Positions 40,028 through 53,900 of a stretch of DNA of 64,000 nucleotides are shown one piece after another (the first letter of the stretch is position 1; every line of letters begins with the position of its first letter). Made by a program: the position numbers and the translations under genes. Location: positions 17,422,001 to 17,486,000 of the forward strand of contig OX597814.1 in assembly GCA_951406725.2 (NCBI GenBank), in the 5' to 3' direction. Source of the stretch: Octopus vulgaris (Eukaryota). Under the pieces are notes generated by a model that was given only the letters and a program-made list of their open reading frames with translations, was not told the DNA's origin and ran no database searches.

Positions 40028-40447
40028 AAATATTTATTTCTTTATTGCCCACAGAGGGCTAAACATAGAAGGGACAGACAAGGACACACAAAGGGATTAA
40101 GTCGATTACGTCGACCCCAGTGCGTAACTGGTACTTATTTAATCGAGCCCGAAAGGATGAAAGGCAAAGACGACCTCGGCGGAATTTGAACTCAGAGCGT
40201 AACAGCAGACGAAATACCTATTTCTTTACTACCCATAGGGGCTAAACATAGAGGGGACAAACAAGGACAGACGAACGGATTACGTCGATTACATCGACTC
40301 CAGTGCGTAACTGGTACTTAATCGACCCCGAAAGGATGAAAGGCAAAGACGACCTTGGCGGAATTTGAACTCAGAACGTAACGGCAGACGAAATACGGCT
40401 ACGCATTTCGCCCGGCGTGCTAACGATTCTGCCAGCTCGCCGCCTTA
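40028..40447 (-). mobile_element. SINE family C, tandem dimer
   Basis: Head at 40447; ~185-bp unit repeated twice. Confidence 0.85.
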
Positions 40448-40769
40448 GAGTTACAGGAAATATTGTTTAAGAATATTTTAGGATTCATAACAATGGTGCC
40501 GATAATCGACACGGAGTCCCGGTGCTTTCTCCCGCGAGCACCATAATCATATTTTCTGGTTTTCTCATGGCCCTTTCGAGAGCTGTCTTCATTTGTTACA
40601 CTTGTTGCATGCCATCCATATCAGTATTTGTAGTGTATAGCGCCGCTTAGTCTTTATGGCTATCGTTATCATTGTCCAAGAATTCATGTTACGATGTTTC
40701 GCTAATAGTGATATGGACCGCAACGTAACTGATATCACAATTAATTTGAATTGGCTTCTTCTTTCTGTT

Positions 40770-41120
40770 ATCTTTCACTTGTTTCAATCACATGACTGCG
40801 GTCATACAGTGGCACCATCTCCAACAACTAGATCCCAGAACTTTTGCTTTTTTAAAGACTAGTACTTAATTTACCGGTCTCTTTTGCCGAACCGCTAAGT
40901 TATCAACCGGTGGAGGGACAAGCAGACACAAAGACACACACACACACATACACACAAATATATACACATATATTTATTAGGCTTCTTTCAGTTTCCGCGA
41001 AATAAATCCACTCATAAGTGCCCGAAGACACTTGTCTAAGGTGCCACGCCACGCAGTGGGACTGAACCCGGAACGATGTTGTTGAGAAACAAGCTTCTTA
41101 CCACGCGGTCACGTCTGTGC
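40770..41120 (-). mobile_element. SINE family A, decayed
   Basis: Homology. Confidence 0.7.
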
Positions 41121-41804
41121 TATTCATGATTTTTTGATTCATTTGTGTGATGATGTCTTTAATGGTCCACTTTTGTTTCTTTCACCTATCAACCAATATA
41201 GAGGTAAAGTTTGAACCTTATATTTGGGACTCGATGGAAATTTTCTTTAACTTATCACATGGAGAATGCATTTGCATGTGTTCTCCCAGATCATTTCCAG
41301 CTTGCTTTCCACCAAAAGAAGAAAAACTAACCAAAGGAGATACATTCACCTCTAAAATACTTCGACTAAGTTCATCTACTTGGGGGAGAAAAAAAAAGAG
41401 CGGCAAGCGATATAATTGACCATTATTCAATCCTCTTGCATGGAATATGTATAATATAACTATTCATAAGGAGGATTGCACAAATAATCATACCGAAGAA
41501 TGGTATAGACCAGTGGAGACCGCGGACTCCGGTGGTCCGAAAAGGTAGTACAAGAACTCCATGAACTAAATTCAAAATTTCAAATATATAAATATATGTA
41601 CATAAGGATAAGCATAATAAAATGGTCCATGAGAAAATTAATTTAAATAAAAGGACTGGGAACCACTGGAATAAACACTTTTGGTTCGATTGTAAGATCA
41701 TGTTCAAATGTTTATTTTGCATTGGACACTGTACGTATAGATCAATATTGTATTGATGCTTGAGAGGTGATTCTCCTGCTCTGCCTTCATAAATATTCTT
41801 TTCT

Positions 41805-42172
41805 AGTACGCAAGTGGTACTAAATTTATCGATCCCGAAAGGATGAAAGGCAAAGTCGACCTTTTGAAGAATTTGAACTCAGAACGAAGACAAACGAAGA
41901 CCCCGCTAAGCATTTCGCCCGGCGTGATAATGTTTCTTATTTCTTTACTACCCACAAGGGGTTACACACAGAGGGAACAAACAAGGACAGACAAACGGAT
42001 TAAGTCGATTATATCGACGCCAGTGCGTAACTGGTACTTATTTAATAGACCCCGAAAGGATGAAAGGCAAAGTCGACCTCGTTCGGAATTTGAACTCAGA
42101 AGGTAGCGGCAGACAAAATACTGCTAAACATTTCGCCTGGCGTGCTAACGATTCTTCCGGCTCACCGCCTTA
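41805..42172 (-). mobile_element. SINE family C, partial tandem dimer
   Basis: Homology to 40028-40447. Confidence 0.8.
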
Positions 42173-42321
42173 AATAGCCTCCATAAATATTAAAGATATT
42201 CTTCTCAAAAGGAAAACATTCTAACTGTTTTTTTTAACTATACAACGGAGATCTGCTCTGCCGTCCAGTCATTGCATCCAACACTGAAATAAATTAACTT
42301 TTCGTCTAAAAGAAAGCATTT

Positions 42322-42861
42322 GGATCTTTTCCTTTTGAACGGCAGTTTTCAACACAATTTTCAGTTAACTAAACACTTTTAAACTTCGTATACTGGTAGA
42401 ATGTGTCAAAATAAACCATTTTTTCCCTTGGCTTTCTTAAGAAAATTGTAATTTGTAAGTTTAACGTAGTTTAATTTTTCGAATTCTAACCAATCCTATG
42501 GCCTTTATTGAGCTAAAATCATTTGCTGCGTCTAAAACTGAGACAACATCCTGTCACTAACCCTAACTCTAACCCTAACCCTAATCCTCACGCTAATCCT
42601 AACCCTAAACCTAAATTTTAGCCTTTCGTTTTTTTTTTCTTAATTGTTAAATTAATTTAATTGTTACGCGTGTCTAAAATTATTCGTTTTGTTTTTGTTT
42701 TGAGTTTTTGCTTTCGTTTTTTTCTTAATTGTTAAATTAAAATTATTTTCCATTGCTTTCGTTTTAGCCTTTCATTTTTTTTTTCTTAATTGTTATCCTT
42801 AAATTAATTTAACAATTAAGAAAAAAAAACAAAGGCTAAAATTTAGTGTTAGGGTTAGGGT
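42322..42861. mobile_element. TTAGGG-bearing MITE-like element with an internal palindrome
   Basis: Starts GGATCTTTTCCTTTTGAACGGCAGTTTT; (CCCTAA)n at 42558-42612; 42600-42660 is inverted at 42800-42861. Confidence 0.7.
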
Positions 42862-42975
42862 GAGAGAAGGTAAACGGCATACCTATAGGCCAGAGGCTGG
42901 GGTGTGTACATTAAGGATTGAACTGAATAGACAGCTGGTCTTTCTCAGTGATGCTGTTCAGGATATCTGAGTGCG

Positions 42976-43130
42976 TAAGGCGGCAAGCTGGCAGAATCGT
43001 TAGCACGCCGGGCGAAATGCGTAGCCGTATTTCGTCTGCCGCTACGTTCTTAGTTCAAATTCCGCCGAGGTCGACTTTGCCTTTCATACTTTCGGGGTCG
43101 ATAAATTAAGTACCAGTTACGCACTGGGGA
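42976..43130 (+). mobile_element. SINE family C, 3'-truncated
   Basis: Homology. Confidence 0.8.
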
Positions 43131-43547
43131 CTGCATGAGAGTAGCACCATTTCAAATAAGGGAACAGTATTTCATAGTCGATATCACTTATTTTTTATAG
43201 AAAATCAACAGCTGTGTGGTTGGGGGACGAAATATTTTTTGGCCCTAAAGACAAAAGCACAGCTTTGAAATGTGTTCCTAATTATGCTAAGGACGTGCTT
43301 TCGCCAGAAAACATCATTGATAGTGAAACCCAGCACTTGGCGCGAGTGTGAGACTTCTGAAGGTTGATCATATGTAGTTGTAATTGAAAATATCGTAGAA
43401 TGAGCTCCCTCAACACACGCCGCGCTGGCGAAATCAGTTAAGAAGCGACTGATCCAAGAAATGAGTGGAACCAGAATGTTTCTAAAATTGGTTGAGGATT
43501 GTTGATATATTGTGTATGAATACTGTGTTCAGATTTTGGTTTTCTAT

Positions 43548-43950
43548 AGGTGTAGGGGTGGCTGTGTGGTAAGCAACTTGCTAACGAATCACATGGTACC
43601 AGGTTTAGTCCCACTGCGTGGCACCTTGGGCAAGTGTCTTCTACTATAGCCTCGAGCCGACCAAAGCCTTATGAGTGGATTTGGTAGACGAAAGCTAAAA
43701 GAAGCTTGTCGTATATATGTATATATATGTGTGTATGTATGTGTATATGTTTATGTATCTGTGTTTGCCCCCCCCCCCCCACATCGCTTGACAACCAATG
43801 CTGGTCCCCGTAACTTAGTGGTTCGGCAAAAGAGACCGATAGAATAAGTACTAGGCTTCCAAAGAATAAGTCTGGGTTCGATTTGGTCGACTAAAGGCGG
43901 TGCTCCAGCATGGCCGCGGTCAAATGACTGAAACAAGTAAAAGAATGAAA
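43548..43950 (+). mobile_element. SINE family A
   Basis: Homology. Confidence 0.85.
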
Positions 43951-43990
43951 GAAAATAATAAAAGAATATAGGAGTAGCGCTCCGGAAATA

Positions 43991-46375
43991 CAGTGATACT
44001 TCGTAGTACGAATTTAATTCGTTCTATGACCGAGCTCGTTTTACGAATTACTCGTTTTGCAAATCAATTTTCCCCTTTGAAATTAACTAAAATATAATTA
44101 ATCCGTTCCAGTCCTACAAAACCACCGGGTTATAAAACAGAAAAGGTGTTGTTACAGATAGAATGACAATTTAAACAAGAAGTGAATGCATAAGAAATAT
44201 GTAAACTGGTTTTATTAACTGAATTACCTTTTAAAGATGGGACAATTTGTGCGCGAGGAAGATGATAGAGTGGGGAGGAGGGGGGGAGGAGGAGGAGGAT
44301 TACTGTTTGGACGGAAAATCTCCTATTAATGCTTCATGCGTTTTCTCTCTCAATTCCTTTAATTTAGGCCTTTTGGACACACCATCTTTGCTATTTACAC
44401 TTGAAGGTCGTTTCATTAGAAACATATGAAGCCGAGTCTGCATTTTCCTGCCTTTCAAAATGTTACGAAAATGCGCCACAGCAGGGTTATTAAATAAAGC
44501 AGCTTGTAGCTACTTTTTCAGGATGATATTTTTCTACAAATTTAGAAACATAGTACCACGTTGCCAACACTGCCGTTATGTCACTCGTTCTCAGTTTCAC
44601 TGTTCTCAGCTACACTGCCAGGCCATATCGACGATTTTCAGGCAGTTTACAATGTTGTATTGCTCCTTTCAAAACTCACGAAAGGTTAGGTTTGTATTTT
44701 CGGTGACTTCAAAGCCCTGGCGAAACAAGTGTTTGGTGTACGATTGATTAAACTTAGAAAACACCTGTTGGTCCATGGGCTGCAAGAAAGGAATGGTGCT
44801 GTGTGAAAGGTACATAGCTTTTATAAATTTAAATTAGTCCAGGGTATCATCTTCGAGGTTAAGAGGTTGAACAGGAGCATAGTCGAGGACGATGAGGTCA
44901 TTGAAAGAAAGATTGTTCTCCAGAAGATAATTTTTCACTGCCAGTCCGAAGACAAGGTTGACCCACTCGAAGAATTGCTAGGTGACCCAGGCTTTAACGT
45001 TTGCCCTCCACATGACCTGCAACTTCCCCTTCAGGATTTTGTGCGACTTGAACGCTAGTGAGTTTTCGGAAGGGTAGACATTAAGGGGCTTAATCTTCAA
45101 ACCTCAACCCGCATTGGCACAAACGGTGAGAGTTAGCCTACCTTTCATCATCATCATCATCATCATTGTTCGACTGTGGAGCATCATAGCCATGTGTTGA
45201 GAGGGATTCTTTGGGGTTTGAATAATTCACCTCTGGAAACATGGGTGGTTCTTTCAACATCCTTAAACAACCCTTATTCAGGGACCTTTTGAGCGGGATG
45301 GGCTACTCAACCTGAAGAAAATTCTAACTGGGCCCCACCTGCAAGTTCATGTGCTGTTTATCTTGATATGAGATCACCATGTCGCGCACATATGGTTGTG
45401 ATGCATGTGCCTGGTGTACCCTTTCATAGGGTTGCGACCAGGCATTTTCTTCTCCTCTGCAGTTGTGTAGGTTCTTCTGGACATGTTTTCCAAAACAGGC
45501 CAGTTTCATTAAATTTGAATACCTGTTGTGTGACGTACCCTTCAGCTGCGATGAGCTGACGAAATTCGCGCACTTAATCTTCAGCTGTCTTCGAATCAGA
45601 ACTCCCTGTTTCTCCATACCTGACGGCGCTATGAACACCGGTCCTCTTCTTGAAATTATCAGACCAGCCGCGACAGGCCTTAAATGCGTCTGCTGATGTC
45701 TCTTCCGTTGATTTTCCTGAGTTCTGCTTCAGAAGATCCCCATACGGCGTACGTGTTTTCTCGCAGACGATGATCCCCGTAATCGTATCCTCTGCGAGTT
45801 ACTTCTCGTCGATCCAGAGAAGAAGCAACTTTCCCATCCTTTCGAGGACAGATATGCGTTGCTTAGAGACCCTTTGCTATTGTAACGGCCTTGATCTCGT
45901 CTTTTTACTTCAGGAGAGTGCAGATCGTCGACCTGCTTCGGTCGTATTGACGTGCTATGTTAATTACACGCACTCCTCTCTCAGGCTTATCAACGATTTC
46001 TTTCTTCAGTTCAATCGTAATCAACTTTTTTCTTCTTTTCAGCACTGTCTTTTGCACTAACCTTCTTAGGACCCATGGCTAACACAACTAATTATTATAC
46101 AATAACAGCAAAAACTAGACAAAATTAAACAAAATCACCGTGAGAAACACAAGAGGGATGCTGCCACAACGAGATAAATTCGTGAACTGAAAGAGTGGAG
46201 ACTGCTCTTGTTAGGAGAGCGTGTGCGAGCTCAGCGTCGACTAGCGGTCGCTTGTATGAAACTTGCTCGTATTGCGGATTTTCGCTCGTACTTCAAGACA
46301 CAAAATTCAGATGGGCCTCGGCTTGTACAGCAATTTACTCGTGCATTGATGCACTCGTAATGTGAGGTTCTACTG
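43991..46375 (-). mobile_element. Decayed Tigger/pogo (Tc1-mariner superfamily) DNA transposon
   Basis: TA|CAGT..ACTG|TA ends; broken ORF from ~46076: MGPKK..ITIELKKEIV..STICTLLK (CENP-B-like HTH), NETGLFWK, RLTL.VCANA, KAWVT, LQPMDQQV (DDE domain). Confidence 0.88.
45149..45419 (-). mobile_element. Retroposed non-coding repeat nested in the Tigger ORF
   Basis: CCTTTCAT on both flanks (45141-45148, 45420-45427), (CAT)n at one end; same family as 47845-49040. Confidence 0.75.
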
Positions 46376-46560
46376 TATTTTAAAACGTTAGCCTAGCAAT
46401 GCTCGTGTTAGGAAATGCCGTCTCACTATAAACTCTTCAGGTAGGAAATAGTAGTCCATCGGGCCTTTTCTGGATCAGCATGGAACGTAGAAAGTGACCT
46501 GAAATCACTTGCTAAACGCCTGAACATTGCTAACTTGTGTAGTGACGTTGAGCAGCTAAA

Positions 46561-46801
46561 TCTCTATATATATATAAAGCTGAAGTTGTCTGTGTATGGC
46601 AGGTTTGGTAGCCTTCAGCTAAACATTATCTCCTCTGAGACCGTGCTGTGTCGCCATTTTTCGGTGTATTTCAACCAGAAAAAAATGTTCACTTAAAGGA
46701 AATAACAAGCTACATAATGCAAAATTTTTACTTTTCAAAAATTCCAATTCTAAAGGGTCGAAAAGAATACAAGCCCGAGCAACGCTGGGCTATACTGCTA
46801 G
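46561..46801 (+). mobile_element. Short non-autonomous Helitron
   Basis: A|TC start, hairpin GCCCGAGCAACGCTGGGC, CTAG|T end. Confidence 0.75.
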
Positions 46802-47565
46802 TAAAGTATAAAATAGATCAACTAACAGTTGGAATAGATCACCCTTCTTCCTCCCTTTAACCAGGAAGTGTAACGTTCACAAGTCTGCTCCGGGTTGTAG
46901 CGTAAAGGACCAGCTTTTCCATAGTAGGCACAGGAAGTGGAGAGACGGACATAATATCTTGGGGTACTTAGTTATGCCCCTTTATGTTCTTTGCCTGAAT
47001 TCCATAAGCGTCGACTTACCTTATTGACTTTCATGGGTTGATACAACAAAGTAGTATTACAGTAAAGGATTCCAAAAATGGAAATCATTAAATTCTAATT
47101 AGGTGTTTATAGGATTAATGATGACGCGGCTTGGATTTTTAGCACAAACTGTTTTTCCATTGATGAATAGTTTTGCAGACATTTCTATTCATAAACTGAC
47201 ACAAACTTGTGACGTCGGCAGCAACAATAGTTATTTGTTTTCATATACGTCAGTCGTGAATAGGTATATATATATATATGTGTGTGTGTGTACGCACATA
47301 TGCTAATAATGTACATGTCTGTTTGTGTCAATAAATGCCTTTATATGTAGGTACATATCTTGTTATTGTGTGTGCGAGTATGCGAACATGTCTACTAAAA
47401 ATACCAGTTCATTAATGAATTAACTTTTTTTTTGTTATTTGATCTGGAGTTTTGTTAATGAGAGAACTGTAGTGTAAAGTGAAATAATGCAAATGCTACA
47501 TTGACTTTGTTCATGAATTCCTAAAGAAAAAACAGCTGCAATATTTTGCTGACATAAATCTAAAC

Positions 47566-47627
<62 letters not shown>

Positions 47628-47658
47628 TCATGATCATGATAATAATGATAATAGTAAA

Positions 47659-47813
<155 letters not shown>

Positions 47814-47844
47814 TGATGATGATGATGATGATGATGATAATGAT

Positions 47845-49040
<1,196 letters not shown>

Positions 49041-49224
49041 CAATAATAATAATAATAACGTTGATGATAACGATGACGAGGAGGAGGAGGATTTCTTTTA
49101 TTAGTCCCAGAAGCAAAGATGGGTGGGGGGGCATCAGAAGGACAGGCAAAAATGTCTGTGGAGATTTACACACAAAAGGATTGGGAGAAAGCCGTGGAAA
49201 AGACAGTGAAATACGATAAAAGTA

Positions 49225-49455
49225 TAAGTAGTGTATAGAAAGCATGTGATAACGGGAATGATTTATTCTTCCAACGTCGCAGCAGAGGAGTCTTGGTTAT
49301 GGCTGATCAACGGAGACCTTAAGGAAAGAAAAAAAACGGAAGGGTTTATAATGGCTGCTCTAAGCCAGTCATTGCGGACGAATATAGTTAAAGCTAAAAT
49401 AGACAAATCCACGAGAAATGCAATGTGCAGAGTAAGTAATGAGAAAGTAATGTTA
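49225..49455 (+). mobile_element. R4/Dong-like internal fragment
   Basis: SWLWLINGDLK..TEGFIMAA..SLRTN..KIDK..MCRV. Confidence 0.7.
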
Positions 49456-49521
49456 TAGAACCAAACTTCATTGTTAAAGAAATAAATGAAACGGCAAGCA
49501 AAGAACTTGGTAGTTTTTGAA

Positions 49522-49611
49522 GAGTCACCTGAGGAGGTCTGTACTTATGATGTATGACAGTTATTTGTACAGCATCTCACCTGTAATGGATCGAAACGTT
49601 CGTAGTGGTTC
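49522..49611 (+). ncRNA. Type I hammerhead ribozyme with a fully canonical core
   Basis: gagtcac|CTGAGGA|ggtctgt..atggatc|GAA|ACGttCGT|A|gtggttc; 7-bp stems I and II (with G-U pairs), GUA triplet. Confidence 0.7.
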
Positions 49612-49889
49612 TGAATGAAGTGTCCCGTGAATACTATTTTTCTGTTTCTCACATGTTTTGGACACATTGAAATTGTGAAGTAAATCCCGTGGCATATACC
49701 AAACTGTTGTTGACTTCAAGTACTCGAATTCTATGGACAGCTTTTAAACAGCATTTACCCTTTGGATATACACTTTTTTATATATATGCATCTGTATTGA
49801 CTTTCTCGTTAGTAATGCCTTTCTCTGAATATATACACAAATGTGTATATATACAAATTTTGCCCAAATATATTGCGCATCATATTCGA

Positions 49890-49959
49890 GGCTCCGATGA
49901 AGCTGTTGCGTGTTATTCAAGCACTCAACTGCCTCCCCTTGCAGAAACAGCTGTAAGCT
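49890..49959 (+). ncRNA. Type I hammerhead (U4C core)
   Basis: ggct|CCGATGA|agc..gca|GAA|ACAGCTGT|A|agct; perfect palindromic stem III, weak stem II base. Confidence 0.6.
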
Positions 49960-50097
49960 AATGAAGTTCATAACCGTTTTCTTTTTTCCTTCATCATATA
50001 TATATATATATATATATATAATAAAACGAATGGTTAACACCTGGTAGCTTACTGGAAAAGCATATTCACTTTCAGAGTGATCGTTAGGTAGGTACAC

Positions 50098-50993
50098 AGC
50101 AAATGAAAGACGGAAGATAGAATTATTAATCTCAACAATTGTTTCGACACATCTAGCATCGATTCCTCTTGGGTGGGACACTCAACAACTGGTTCAGGAG
50201 CATCCGGTGGTGCAGATGTATCTCATCGGTCTGATTTTGTATGGCGACTGAAGGAGGGTAAAACGAAGTACAGCATCAATTGGCCCATAGCAAAGTATGC
50301 GAAATCATACAACATAATTTCCAGAAGATGCTGTCTCTGCTCCGAGAAATCCCTGTGTATTCTGTGGACTAAAGAGAAGATAATTAATAGAATTTCTGAA
50401 CGACTCTCGAGATCTCTACACGCATATGAATGTACTTTCGCACAATGCAGCGAGAATGAATTTTGAGTAACCGTTAACTTAATTTACTTTAAGGTATGGA
50501 TGACTTAAGTTTACTTTTAAGCTCCCCATTCTTATAAACACCAAGTTGATAAATAACTCGCTTTGTGATCATGAGTGCACCAAACCTCACCTGTGCGTAT
50601 GTTCACATTTTTGCGGATGCTTGTATGAGCGAGTGTCTCGTGCCATGCAGCTTGCCCGAGGGCGATTATACATCCATAACTGTTAAAGGTTATTTTTAAT
50701 ACTTTTCTCACTGGATTGCATATTCATTTCTCCTTTTGTCACCTGTGATTTTATTCTTTATCTTCTATAAAGATATTTCCTCCGTCTAGCTGCTTTTCTT
50801 TCTACAAAACATTGCGGAATAGTCATTTTAACGAGTTGTATTTATTTATCACCCGACGAGATAGATATGCACCACCAGATGCTCCTAAACCAGTTGTTGA
50901 GTGTCCCAACCCAAGAGGAATCATTGCTACATGTGTCGAAACAATTGTCGTGATTAATAATAACTTCTCGTATATTCCATCTGTCATTCATTT

Positions 50994-50995
<2 letters not shown>
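50098..50995 (+). mobile_element. 5'-truncated PLE: inverted partial terminal repeat, endonuclease C-terminus, direct terminal repeat
   Basis: FVWRLKE..YSINWPI..SYNIISRRCCLCSEK..INRISE resembles a PLE ORF C-terminus; 50098-50229 is the reverse complement of 50853-50995. Confidence 0.75.
50848..50954 (+). ncRNA. Type I hammerhead (U4C core) with a ~78-nt stem II domain
   Basis: atcac|CCGACGA|gata..tgtc|GAA|ACAATTGT|C|gtgat; the inverted copy shows stem II GATACATCT/AGATGTGTC. Confidence 0.7.
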
Positions 50996-51036
<41 letters not shown>

Positions 51037-51039
51037 TTG

Positions 51040-51272
51040 ACCGCTAAATCAACAAGTATTTTTCCTTTTCTCTCTCTCTCCACCTCTGTCTCCCCCTCTT
51101 TCTCCCTCCCTCTCTCTCTCTCTCTCTCTCTTATTTTCTCTTATTCTTTTCTATTGAAGAGCGTAGGCTCGAAGCGCAAATGACTTTTGCATTTTCCCGA
51201 GCGTCAAACTAATACTTTTTTTCGTTGCTTATACACCTGTCTTCGTCTTTTGTTTTTCTATAAATTTCAACT
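51040..51272 (+). mobile_element. Decayed PLE terminal repeat (family of 20980-21158)
   Basis: TTGAAGAGCGTAGGCTCGAAGCG..CCGAGCGTC..GTCTTCGTCTTTTGT. Confidence 0.7.
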
Positions 51273-51274
51273 AT

Positions 51275-51683
51275 AGCCGTAGAAGTAGCTGTGTGGTAAG
51301 TAGCTTGCTTACCAACCACATGGTTCCGGGTTCAGTCCCACTGCGTGGCACCTTGGACAAGTGTCTTCTACTGTAGCCTAGGGCCAACCAAAGCCATGTG
51401 AGTGGATTTGGTAAACGGAAACTGAATGGAGCCCGTCGTATATATGTATATATATATATATATAAGTGTGCGTATATGTTTGTGTGTCTGTCTCCCCAGC
51501 ATCGCTTGACAACCGATGCTGGTGTGTTTACATCCCCGTAACTTAGCAGTTCGGCAAAAGAGACCGATAGAATAAGTACTAGGCTTACAAAGAATAAGTC
51601 CTGGGGTCGATTTGCTCGACTAAAGGCGGTGCTCCAGCATGGCCACAGTCAAATAACTGAAACAAGTGCAAGAGTAAAAGAGT
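51275..51683 (+). mobile_element. SINE family A
   Basis: Homology. Confidence 0.88.
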
Positions 51684-51692
51684 ATATACATA

Positions 51693-52204
51693 CCGTAAAT
51701 CCTCGAGTATAGTCCGGCCTTGAGTATAATACGCAGGGGGTTTTTAGTGGGTTGTACCTCTGAAAAACCTAAACCTTGTGTATAATATGCCCCCCTTCTC
51801 TAACTTGAGTCAAAGAGGTCTATATAACGTCCTTGGTTTGTAAAAATGCATACGGTAACGTCCTTTATTATTGTTGTATATATAACATAATGCAAACGTG
51901 TAGCTTTTTTGTGCATTTTGTTTGCAGAAAATAAAGAAATAACAGTAATAACGTTTAATAAATGTTACTTACTGCAGGTTATGGATGATTCTTTTATGAC
52001 TTTATTGCTTTCAGGCTTAGCTTAAGGTATTTTCGCGCCCGACATCACAAAATGCGTCTGAATAAACATTGCCGGACAGCAAATAGAGACTCGGACATTG
52101 CTTAGAAGATAATTTTCATTTTTAACTTCGTATATAGTACGCACTAGAGATTTTGACCTTTAAATTTTGGGGGAAAAATGCGGATTATACGCGAGGATTT
52201 ACAG
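51693..52204. mobile_element. Tc1-mariner (pogo/Tc2-like) MITE
   Basis: TA|CCGTAAATCCTCGAGTATAGTCCG..CGGATTATACGCGAGGATTTACAG|TA. Confidence 0.8.
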
Positions 52205-52894
52205 TATTCTTAATACAAAACCAAAGAAGACTCATGCAAATACAATCGAACTCATAATGCCAGACTATTTTAGAGATAGACAAAAACAGAAAACAGAGTT
52301 TGAATTGAAGGAACACAACACGAAGGAAAAAAAAACAGGAGAAAAACAAAAATATTCTCGTATCGAAATTTTAGTGCCTATGAAAGAAATTTGATAGTAT
52401 TTACTTCTAGGCTTTTAAATAATGATATAATTATTAATTAAAAGTAACTTAAAATTACCTCTTAAACAACTGTTTACCGGAAAATTTTAATTGGATATTG
52501 TACGCGTGCACGAGCGTGTGTATATGTGTATACTTGCATGCGTGTTTGCTGAAATTTTGAACTTCAGAATTTCTTTTTTGGTTTTGTAATGTATTTTTCA
52601 TTTCGCCTATTAAACATATTTTCATATAGTAGTGTTTGTTTTTATGTTTGGAATTTTGTTTTGCTCTGTGTTGTTTGTTTTTATTGGTTGTTGATGTTGT
52701 TATTGCTTCCCTTAAACTTTAATTATATGCAAACTATAATTCTACGAGCAGATAGGTTAACTACTGCTCAGCAATAAACATAAATTAAGCGATTCATCAG
52801 GTGCTAGTTGTGAAGTAGTGTGTGTGTGTGTGTATGTGTTGTGTTGTGTATGCGTATGCATGTATGTATGCATGTACGTATGTATGTATGATGT

Positions 52895-53216
52895 GAGGGC
52901 GCGTGGCTTAGTGGTTAGGGCATTCGGCTCATGATCGTAAGGTTGTGAGTTCGATTCCCGGCGACGCGTTGTGTCCTTGAGCAAGACACTTTATTTCACG
53001 TTGCTCCAGTCCACTCAGCTGGCAAAAATGAGTTGTACTTGTATTTCAAAGGGTCAGCCTTGTCACTCTCTGTGTCACGCTGATTATCCCCGAGAACTAC
53101 GTTAAGGGTACACGTGTCTGTGGAATGCTCAGCCATTTGCACGTTAATTTCACGAGCAAGCTGTTCCGTTGATCGTATCAGCTGGGACCCTCGTCGTCGT
53201 AACCGGCGGAGTCTTT
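52895..53216 (+). mobile_element. Young SINE group B
   Basis: Essentially identical to 9554-9875. Confidence 0.9.
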
Positions 53217-53571
53217 TAATGTATGTATGAATGCATGCATGTACGTACATACGTATGAATGTATGTATGTATTTATGTATGTATATGGAGATATAATTTC
53301 ACAATATTTTCAAATAAATCACATTAAGGCACATATCTTTATTCTAAAGGTCTATGTTTCAATAAGGTTAATTGTTTAATGTTATTTGTCGATAACACGC
53401 ACGCACACACGTGTGTGTGTGTGTGTGTGTGTACATGTTAATGTATGAAAAGGTGTGTAACAATGCGTGTGGACGTGTGTGTGTGTATGTGTCTGTGAGT
53501 TCACGTGTATGTTAAGAAAATTCATTTCTATACCATATAATTTTGGCTCAATCCATTGACATTGGCTAATT

Positions 53572-53900
53572 ATTCGTTAGTCCGTCGTTGTGGTCGATGA
53601 CCAAAGACATTACAGTGAGAAGACGAGACCCGGTGCATCTGGCTGTGCCCTATCAGTCTGATGCGTGTTTGGAAGGCTCTTCCACAGTTCTGGCACTCGT
53701 GGTATACAGGGACTGAAGGCAAGGTGTTTGGATTTGCGCTGTTCGCGTTTTCTTCGTGCTCCTCTGATCCTATTCTGTTCCCAGGCGGTGGCATTTCTAC
53801 CGGGGCAACTTCGCCAGGCGTGACGGACTTGCGCTCGTGTATCCATGTGTTGGGGGTTAATCTCGAAACTCTGCAATAAGGCTTTGAGTGTGTCCTTGAA
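53572..53900 (-). mobile_element. RTE-clade LINE 3' end
   Basis: FKDTLK..AWR..EQNR..KREQRK and CQNCGRAFQTRIRLIGHSQMH (C2H2-like RTE C-terminus). Confidence 0.8.
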
